DNA of 64,000 nucleotides from Stylophora pistillata (Eukaryota): NCBI RefSeq assembly GCF_002571385.2, contig NW_019217919.1, positions 292,265 to 356,264 of the forward strand, read 5' to 3'. Shown piece by piece: positions 44,177 to 54,710 of this stretch (position 1 is its first letter; each line of letters starts with the position of its first letter). The notes under the pieces were generated by a model. It saw only the letters and a program-made list of their open reading frames with translations, ran no database searches and was not told where the DNA came from. The position numbers and the translations under genes were made by a program.

Positions 44177-47100
44177 ATGTCAACTAAGGCACATCGAAGG
44201 GCAAGCTACGAGGAGAGAGTAGATCAAGATGGCCGATTGACAGGCAAACACATACGAACCTTGTTACACCTACAAGATTTACACACCGAAAACGATCTTT
44301 TGAAAGCTAGAATTGCTGAACTGGAACTAGAGGAGGCAAAAGCTGCCAGATGTGATCTTCTGGAGCGTGAAGTGGAGAAATTACAGGTAAGACTTTTTTG
44401 TGAAGTTTATCTCCGACTGCTGCTTGAGCATAATTTCAATAACACTGCAACAGACAAGTAATCTATAGAAATAAACAATCGAGACCATATTTATTTGAAA
44501 ATAACACTAACTTCTCAACATATTCTTTGTTTCTTCTTCTGAATTTTTTTTTCTTTTTCAAATTTACTAGAAATTTTAAGTATGAAACGTCACCATTTTT
44601 AATCACTATTAACTATGCTTGTTCAGATAAGTTGTCTGTATAATTATTTGCGTAATTTTTTTTTTCTGAAATTCAACGAACCAAGGCTGGCGCAAAGTCC
44701 AACTGTGGTAACAATGATAAAGGAGACATCAAGGAGCTCAGAACACCTCAACACTGCCAAGAAATTAAAAAATCAACAAAGTACTTCACAAAGTGATAAT
44801 GAAACATCCACACTGCACTCTGTTTCATACCCACTCATGTTTTACTCACATAACTTAACACATCACAAAGCTGTACTAAATTCTTGGATATGATATGGCA
44901 TTTAGTCTACTTACTGGTTAAGTCTGATAAGTACTTGCCTACACATTACATTTGTATTTCATTCTTCATCAATGTGTTGATTTCAAGTCTTGAAGTTGTC
45001 AACCTGCAGTTTATTTCATAACCTCTTCTGCATATCATAGAATTTTTGACACTAGATTGAATGAACTAAATTTAATTCTGAAGAGAAGAATGTCAAGGGT
45101 GAGTGACTGTGGTACAAGGGTCCACTGAACAAGAAACCACAATAACACAAATTTTGTATTGTTTGGCCATACACCAGAGCTTTCTTCACCCAAGGAATGT
45201 ACACCATAGGCTAAGGAATCAGAGGAATACTGCATGAAAAATTGAGCAACATTGCACATTTTAATGCCCTTTTCAGTAATACTTGAAGGAGCTTTGTCAA
45301 TATCCAGCCATCTTCACCTCACAAACATATTCACTAATAAATATTGCAACTGATGAAGTACTACATGTATGTTGTACAACTAAATCCTTTGTCCCCCAAA
45401 ATCTGGGCCATTACTTCCATCAGTGAAAAATTTGGTCATAATTTGAAAATATTCATCATGGCAGCTGATTCTCACTTTATTTCTCATTAGCATTTTTCAT
45501 TTGCCATAGGTGATCGAGTAATCATTTTTGTTTTTGTTTTTAAGAGATTTGTGACTTATTTTATGAATTACAGCAGTAAAGGCCATGTTTACAATGAACA
45601 GTTTACCAATGTACACAAACTGTTGAACTGTCAAGAAGACTTAATTAAAATTTTAATACTAGAGAGTTGTAGACAGTCGGGCATAAATTATGTTAAGTTC
45701 AAAACGACTTTTACCCTTAATTAGGAGATTGGTTCCCAATGAATAAGAAAGAAAGCTGAAATTCAGGCAAAAAAAGATATCTTTATCATTGCAACATATT
45801 TCTTTCTCAAAGTAAGATGCCTGTCATCCATCACTCGCATTCATAACACAATTACATTTCAAAGGAATCTTGTTAATTCTCCTAAACTTTATAGGGATTA
45901 AGAATTATATGAAAATTCCTAAATGAGTTTGGTCTCTGTAAGGTACATTTAGACAGGGCAACTATATGTATTTCAATTTTTTTTGTCATTACTTTGTCAA
46001 AATAATGTTCTCCAGGGTGAATTATCAAAGTGTGAAGAGCTTCATCAGATTGCAAAGGAGGCAAAGGATAAGTTCCAGCAAATGCAAAGAGACTGTTTGA
46101 TGAAGATTGATGGAACCTGTGCAGCTTTGACAGAAAAACACAAAGTAGAGGTGGGTGGTTAAAATGATTCAACAATATAGAACATGATTAAATATTTTAC
46201 TACAAAGGACAAAGATAAAATTAATGTGTACGAGATTATTTAACAGTGAACTGCATACAGTGGCTGTGGCAATTGCTTGCTGTGGAGACCTGAAAACTTT
46301 GCACAACTGAACTCCATCCTTTAAGGACCTCTATTTATAAATTTTTATTGAGTTGTGATTAGACTGAAAACATTTATTGAGTTGATAGAGTGGGTTGCCA
46401 ACTTTACCTGCTTGTCATCTCCAAAATACAGTGTAGGTGTAACAAAACTGAGTTGCTCAGACTGAATAAGATACTTTTGTAAAAATGTTGCACTGTAAAC
46501 TATAAGCACAAAGATCATTTACAATAGGTTACTTAACAGGATCATTTTGTTATTTACCAACTGGAAGTCTGTTTGGGGAAAAAAAATTGTGTCAGAGATC
46601 TTGAGTGCAGCAGTCAAGGACCATACTCAAGATCAAAGGCACAATGTTTTTACCACACAAACCAACCTAGGCTAAGAGGCTTCCAAAATATAATGAAAAA
46701 TACTGGCATTTTTACTTCAGATCATGAGAATTGTGTCAGAAAAACTTGAAGCTGAGAATAGCTGGGCAGTTGAGAAGCAACAGGTATGTTAGCTAACCAA
46801 GTAATTCTTTTGGAAAGATAATTGTCTTGTTCAAAGCTAACTTTGCTTTGTCAAAGACCTGTTGAATGCCTCCTCTTGCGGTAACTGTTTGGCTTCATTA
46901 GTCAATCTTAAGATAGGGAGCATAGAAGGTGAGTTACTCTGTAAATATTAGCATTGATTAGTGGAAGAAAGCAGAAACCCCATTGGGAGGATGTAATGAG
47001 AAATTACAACTTTCTTCAAGATGTCCAAGGTTTAAAGATATGAAACCATAGGGGAACACATTTAGCCAGATGGGCTATCTCATGCAAGTAATCGATTAAA

Positions 47101-48011
47101 AATGTGTTTTCTTATTTTAAAAGGTGACTGAGAAAATTGAAGGTCTTCAGAAAGCAAATAAACTTCTTAAAGTAGAACTTGAGAGTTTGAAAAGAACAGG
47201 ATGTGATACTGTGGTAAGTTGCAATAATGGTTGTTTTTCAGTTATGAACATTTCCACACAAAGTCAAACTTTGGTTTTAATAAAGTATTTATTTATGGTG
47301 TAGTGAATTTTATTTTTGTAGAAACTGAATTCAGCTCTTCAAAAATCAAAGGCAGCCATTGAGTTATTGAAACAAAACTGTGAACAGTTGAAACAAGAAA
47401 AAGGAATCCTGGAGAAGACTGTACAGGATTTTAGCATGGAAAATGAAACTCTTACATCAGAGGTGGACAGTTTGAAATCTAGGATAGCTGTTCTGGAAAT
47501 GCAGACAAAACTGTCTCGTGAAGCTAAAGCTGAGCAGCAGGGTAAGGCGATGGAAACTAACAAGCTGAAAGAACAGGATGACGCTGAAATAGCTAAGTTA
47601 AAAGAACTTATTCAGGAACTAGAAAGTAAAAATGAAACCCTTTCAGAAGCGAACGAAAAACTAGAAAACAACAACAAACTTTTGGAGTTCAATCTTCAAG
47701 ACTCTCCTCAGAGCTTGAAACACATGTACAAAGAAAGAGACCAGCTTAAAAACAGAATAACGGGACTTCTGAATGAAATAGCAGCTATAAAGTCACAAAC
47801 ACCGGAGAAGCATGCATTTGTTGACTTTGTCCATCTCAAACGGGATTACAATGCACTGAAAGACGAACATGAAAAGCTCCTCAAGAAAAGAGTCTCCAAA
47901 ATGAATGTGTTACCAACTCTAAAGGGAGATACCACAGTTAGTACACGGGCAACAAGCGGTGGGACTGTGAGAAGTGGAGCACAAGTGGGAGGGGTGGGTG
48001 CTTTCTGGTAG
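44177..48011 (+). CDS. Uncharacterised coiled-coil protein, about 395 aa
   Basis: Phase-0 exons 44177-44386, 46016-46150, 46721-46783, 47124-47213, 47322-48011, all in frame. E/K/L heptad-rich throughout. Confidence 0.8.
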
Positions 48012-49554
48012 CAGAAGACTCTCTGACACCACCCTCCCTCCCCCATTTCTTGTGTCAAATGTTTTCCAAAGTAGATGATGTACCGTGGTATTTGGTGAAT
48101 TATTTGATCTCAGGTGTGGTGAATGTCGCTGCCTGAAGTCAACTATCAAAGCTAAGCTAGACCTAGAGTTTTAACAAAAATTTTATTTGGAGTTTTCTTT
48201 TGTAAGAATTAAGTGCAACTTTTAGTTATCCATACCTGTTTTAAGATAGAGGCGTTTTATATCTTAACGCTGGGAACTTTATATATTGTATATACTGAGA
48301 ATGTTTATGCTTTACCACTGTACGTTAAACAATTTGAACCTGCTGTATAAATAGAGGAGACTGAAATGATTAGGCTTGAGTAACTACCTGGTCAATCGAC
48401 TGTTTTCCCCACAATTGGCCCCAAAAATTCCGCACAACTTAAAATTATTTCCCTTCTCTGTCAATAGTAGAAAGCTTTCACTTTAAAAAAACAAACAATC
48501 AGCAAACTATTCATGACCTAAAACTTTCTCAAATGTTATCGATTTCCTTATTTATTAAATTCAGTAGTTATTATTGATAACAAGGTGTGTGTTTTGTAGA
48601 GCTATTTATAGCACACTCGGTAAAGTATTTAACGCGGAAAAGTATTTAACTAAAGACCCAAATGGTACTTTGTATGATTTCTGCGCCGGGTATTTTAGGT
48701 TTCAGGAGCGCCATGATGTATGAGGAGAGTACAGTAGCAGGACTAAAAAGGCGAATGGAGTTGTAAATAGCTGATATTTCCATTAACAATGGAGAAGTTG
48801 CTTTTCCCATATGATCCTAGATTTCTACAACTGTAAATGAGACAAAAGAGAATGGAACTTAGTAGTAAAAATGTACAAAAGGCGAATACGCAACAAAATG
48901 TTTACACGCACGTTGCTTTTTTTATTAGTTAAGATATGTCATCAGGGTTACGATCACATTTGAAAGAAAGTCCATTTTGTCGGCCAACCTGCTGGCTGAC
49001 GCGCTAACAGTATTAACAGTACCAGAATACTGTTAACTTCACCGTTTTGAAATAACACTGAATCAGATCCATCAAATACTGAAAGAAAATGTAATAAAAA
49101 AGATATCAATGCCTCTGGTTTAACGTTCTTTATTTAGGTACAAGTGACTATCAATACTTTGTTAATAAAATCCGTGCCTAAAAAAAGCTGTGATTACATC
49201 ACACAACCTGACAGAAGGTTAAACAACGCTGGCAGAGAACCGGACAGTTAAGATTTCTAATTTAGCCACGGGCCGTTACCACCATCACTACAACGTTTCA
49301 TGCACTGGTGCACGACTGTCAGACGGTTAGGTGCTTGGAAAGCACGTTATGTTTGTGGATACTAGACTGTTTTTGGACGGTTTTACTCAAATCTTGACAA
49401 TCTGCTGGTCAAATAACACCAATAAGATGGTGTTATGAAGGTTCAGGAAGTCTGCTGGTGGCAGGCGATTTAGCTTCGTTTGGTCTCTACAGTCATCACC
49501 TGTTTTGATGACTGCGCTTTGCTGGAGATATTTTTCGCTGACGGTCCTCTGTAA

Positions 49555-52371
49555 ATGTTTTTGCCCCGTTTCTGGGTTTTTGTTTCAATAATTCTAATTG
49601 TCACCTGTTGTTCACGCATCGATGGTTTTTGGTTCTTCTCTTGTCCCCATGGCAACGGTTTTGGACAGGCTGGTGATGTTTGCTCGGCTTTCTGTCGTTG
49701 CGAACCCTCAAACACGTGCGAGGCGGGAATACAGAAATGCGCGCCACCTGGAAGGTACAGAGACCGCTGTCATGCTACGAGACCGTGTGCGACTGGGCTC
49801 AGTTGTCATCCGGGAGTTCAGAAATGCTTCCACGTGCCTCGTCGTCATGGTGAGCCGTGTGTAGCGGGTTATGCATGTGGCAGCGGTCTCTCTTGTGAGC
49901 CTGGAGTTCAGGTTAGTTAAACGGTACGCCAAAGTAAAAATATTGGCTGCTTCGGTTTTTTCAATTCAGATGATTCTAATTTATGAGATGGAAAATACTT
50001 TTTTAGGCATGTTATTACCGCCCTCGCCAATACAACGAACCCTGTTCTGCGGGATATTCCTGTGCTCCAGGACTCAGCTGCCAACCAGGTTATCAGAGAT
50101 GCTTGCATCATCCGAGGCTAGAAAATGAGAGGTGTTCGGTGGGATACGCATGCGCTGATGGTTTGGTCTGTAGACTGTGTGACAAGCCATATGCCACTTG
50201 TCAGCTTTCGCGCGTACCTGCTTTAACAGAGCAGGTATTGGGCATTCATATATAAAGTGCTGAACTTACATGATTTGTATAACAATCATATGTTTGAATA
50301 TGTTATATGCATGGTTTGGTAATGAGCTTTAACGCAGCTGGTCGCTGAGATTTTGTATTGTAAGGGGCAATGGTATAGATAAGGCCAAGGAAAATTTTAC
50401 ATAGGTCCAAAATAGTTACTCACTAATGGTACTTGTTGCCTAGGACTATGGCAGACCCTTTAACAAAGTGGCATTCCTTGTTACCCATAATTCCTTCTCG
50501 CATTCTCCAAATTTTGCTGTATGGGCCCGGAATCAACGTTTTAGTGTCAGTCAGCAGTTAAAGGATGGTGTGCGCGGTCTCATGTTAGATATATATCCAG
50601 GTAAGATCACCTAGCACCTTGTTTTATTTTGCGTCTTTGACGTTTTCTTTGTTATATTCATAATAAAGAGAATGATGAAGCAGCTAAGACAGACACAGGT
50701 AACTATCCCGTAAAATCTAAGCTGTTCTTCTTCATTACACTCCTTTCTAGGATGGGCTGCAGCGGAGGTTCGTCTTTGCCATTCGTCTTGTTTCTGGAGC
50801 GGATCAATAGACTTGTTAAGCACGTTGATTGAAATCAGAAAATTCCTGGAGAGTAATATCCGAGAAGTTATCACAATAATTTTTGAGGATTACTTAAAAA
50901 ATCCCACAATCTTGAAAACAGTGTTCGATCAAGCAGGAATTTCTCCTTATGTGCTACTGAAAGACAACTGGGGTGATGGGTTCACCGATTGGCCCACTCT
51001 AAATGCCATGCGCAGATTAGGTAGACTGGTGGTGTTTAACAATAACGGCCTTCACGGATTCCCATATACTGAGGTCAACATGTGGAGTTATGTTAGAGAG
51101 AATCGTTATGGAAGTCCAGGTAGAAACGAGAGGGTATGTGCTCGATCGAGAGAAAGATTTATTAAATTGAATATTCATTTTCCTTGTACTAGGGCAAAAT
51201 CCAACCTCGTTCCCAGGACCTTTTACCCCCAACTAAGAGAAAAGGCCATTGGAGTGAGGTTGAGCAAACTCTGTATACGAGTCAAGTGGCCCACCTGCCG
51301 GAGCTTATCCCGATTTCAATAGCATGAAGCGACTAGGATTATTACTACCCCCCCCCCTTGAATGGGATGTTAATTCGTTATAAGATGATCTCCCGGCATT
51401 TCATCAAGTTTCCCGAAAAAATATGCAGGTACCCATTGATACTCCTGGATAGAGAGAGGTACTGTGTAACCTCTCGACCCGGAGTCTAACGCAGTAACCA
51501 TCAGCTCACCTTGTCTCCCACCCCCGCTATCGGAAACAAAAACTCCTTTTCAAATGTAGATTTATTATAGAGAGCGGACCCCTAGATTCTACTCGACATC
51601 TCTTGACTGTTGGAAGGTTTGCAAATTTAGTCCCTTTTTCTGGTACTCTCCGTCACCTTCGACTTACCCGTTGTAGCAACCATGTCTTTGTAAGCTGTGC
51701 ACAATAAATGAAAATATTTTCTATATCAACGTGCCATACATTTTCTTCCAGAAAATTGTGTTTCGGCCGAATTTTCTCAGATCTAAATCTCTCTTTTTCA
51801 AAAACTGCGTTATTCACTGACCTCTTTTTCCTCTTGAAAGGAATGTGTAGATCGCGGAGAGTCTCGGTGGAATGCTTTCTGGAATGACCGCTGGAGCCTG
51901 GTGTTGGTAAATTGGTTTAATACCCTGGCCAATCCTCTTGAGCCATGTCTTAATTCTTTCCAGGAGATAAGAAAGAAATTAAACACTTGCCATGACAAAT
52001 TTGGTTATTGGGCAAATTTTATAGCGGTCAATTATTATACTGCAGGTTCAGGAGGCGGAGCTTTTCAAGCTGTCAAATGGCTGAATAATAAGTTCAGGGG
52101 TAAGTTAATGTTTGGGGTCAGTGTTGCTTGGGCATTGTGCCATTTATTATGCCGACATAAAAAGTATTGGAGGTTTAGACTTTTTTTTCAAGTTTTTGAG
52201 ACTCGCCCTCAACATCTGCCGGCGGATCTGGAGCTAAGTACTTTCTCATACCTCTCGGACGAGAGGTATTAGCTAGCGTAAGCGAAATCATTTTAGTTAA
52301 GGCACGCTTGTGGCTACGACAGATTTCCGAGACCCTCCTTTCTCCTTTGCCAGATCTAGCAGGGTGTGAAC

Positions 52372-52413
<42 letters not shown>

Positions 52414-53596
52414 TACTTGGGAGTTATATTAGAGTAAATTACTTTAAGATGTTGTCTCGGCGAAGTCTAACAAGCCTCTCTATCGAGCACCGATAAAAAA
52501 TGATAAAAGCCTAAACAAATATTTCGTTATTTTCTTAATACTCCCGTTAGACATCTGTTTTTTTCCTAGATCGATAATCTCTAGCTCAGATGATTTGACC
52601 TTCCCTTGCAATCATTTTACTAAAGCGTGGTTTGAATTTGGCCAAGAGCCATGTAAGCCCGCTCTGGACTTAAAAAAATTGATGAATACCCATTTTTGGC
52701 CGAACTAGAAGAATTTACTCCTGGTTGAAATCATTCATATTTGTGTATATTTGTATTTAGGGGAAACTTCAGTATCGAAGATAAGGAAAGCTTCCGTTAT
52801 TCCATTCCCTGACGTAGTCACTCAATGGGATGGAGCCAATCAACAGCGTCAGACGAAACCCATTCCAAAGCAAGACATGATTGACGGACCAGGGTATGGT
52901 AAAGGGTTTCACACGCTCTCAGATGTCCTGTCTCACATACTGAAACACAGTCTCTTTAAATGGGTTGAAAGAAATAGCACAACTAAAACCATCAGCTCTG
53001 CTTCAACAAGAAATAGCACTGCTTCAAACGCTCATATGGCTTCACGTGGGCGGATTTCACCAAATGAAAGAATTAGCCAAGGTAGTCAGCTGAGGAAATC
53101 ATCGACGATATTTCAAGATTTTGGAGGAAATGATACCTTTTCAAAAAGAAACGATCCTTTAAGAAACTACAGAATCCAAATCAACCACGATTTGAGAGAG
53201 ACAACACAATGGAGGGTTTCCCGATCAAAAGTTAACCGCCATAGAACTTGGGCCAATTATTCGCCTTGCCTTTCTTCATTTAGACATGACCAGCGTAAAA
53301 TACTAAAATTAGGATTTAAGGCAACAGGCAAAGGCAGAAGGCCCGAAAGAGGATCGCTATGCAAATTCAGATCCAGTGTGCAGCCTGTTAGCCGAATGTT
53401 ACCGAAGGCCCACGGGCACAATACGATGATCCCGAAACTTAGCCCTACCCTTAAGATACGTAATCTTCGTAAACAGGTGGCTCGGTTGAGAGCAAAGCTT
53501 AACGGGTTAATTCACCTGGTGCACCATCGAAAAAGGAAAAAGGCCCTGCGCTCTGAGCCCCTTCCAACTTTCAGCCGTAAAATTTTAAGACCATAG
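49555..53596 (+). CDS. Secreted PI-PLC X-domain (At5g67130-like) protein with N-terminal Cys-rich repeats and basic C-terminal tail, about 739 aa
   Basis: Exons 49555-49911, 50007-50234, 50444-50600, 50751-51133, 51841-52099, 52761-53596. Signal peptide, then RPFNKVAFLVTHNSFS, NQRFSVSQQLKDGVRGLMLDIY, LCHSSC, EVITIIFEDY, WPTL, RLVVF, ENRYG, CVDRGES and ANFIAVNYY..GGGAFQAV..LN. Confidence 0.88.
51270..51525 (-). mobile_element. SINE-like interspersed repeat
   Basis: Looks related in reverse complement to degraded stretches near 40850-40940 and 61400-61660 (by eye only). Confidence 0.45.
52373..52410. repeat. (TAA)n microsatellite
   Basis: Visible tandem repeat. Confidence 0.9.
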
Positions 53597-54202
53597 TAGG
53601 GCTTTTTCTTAAAGCTCGAGTATCTTTGTAAAAATTCTTGATTTACTCACTTGCTTCATTTGTTCTGTCCAAGTTTAAGTTATTGTTCCCGACTTGAAAT
53701 GATGATCTACGCAAGAGAACAACGTTCATGACAAAACAGACATTTGACAACCCGCGTACGTTACATGGCGTGACTAACGATAGTTGTCAACAAGCACCAG
53801 ACTGAAATCCCCACACGAGTACTGAAAGAATTTTGAAAAAGCTTCCTCAGAAAAATGGCGCTTTATTATCATTTCAATATTTTTTGTTTCAATTTTTTTC
53901 TTCACGGATAAGTGATCACTTTCACCAAAAGGGTGCAGGCCGCATGGTTGATGGCGTGACCGCGTGACTCATATGACTGGTACCGGTAGTGTTACCTGCT
54001 CCCGCTATTTTTAGCCTCTACTTCAAATGATCTTAGAGGAAAAATATGTTTTGTAACAGGAAAAGATCTATTTTGTAACACCGTTACCCTTTTTTAAGGA
54101 GAAGAAGGCATTTTTCAGGGAAATTCTAAATGCCGCCTTATTCGCCTTATTGCGACTTTTAAGCGACCACGCCTAACGATTGAGGGGGCTTGCGGTTTAT
54201 AT

Positions 54203-54513
54203 TGGGCCATTCCATTTAATATCCGTACCCCCCCCATTGAAGGCCTGGGATTTCCCAGGGGGAGGGGGTCAATGCTATATTTTTTCTTAGGGGGTTGAGC
54301 CATATTTCTGAGAGGGGTCGCCATAAAGTACCCTTGACAGAAATTCTCACGAGTAGTTTCTGAAAGGGGTTCAATTGGTTTGCTTGATAGCTACATAAAA
54401 TTCTGAAACCATTTCAGGCAATTCTGAAGGGGGTTAAAAAATTTCTTTTCTGGAGGGGTGTTACAGGAAAGCCTTCAATAGGGGGGGGTGCGGATTTTAA
54501 ATGGAACGGCCTA
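54203..54513. mobile_element. MITE with ~42 bp TIRs, upstream of GSS
   Basis: ggccattccatttaatatccgtaccccccccattgaaggc pairs with gccttcaataggggggggtgcggattttaaatggaacggcc. Confidence 0.8.
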
Positions 54514-54710
54514 TTTACGTCCCTCAAGCAAAAATGGCGGACAGGTGTTAAATCATTGGCGCAGAAAAATGTGAAATCATTTCCAAACAAAGATCCTCAG
54601 ATTCCCTAAGAATAACACTTATCTCATATAAAGAACGCTTGCTGCTTTACATTTTGCAAAGAAGTTTCCGACTCATAAGTGAACAAGCGAAGAAGTCCTA
54701 TTCTAGAGAA

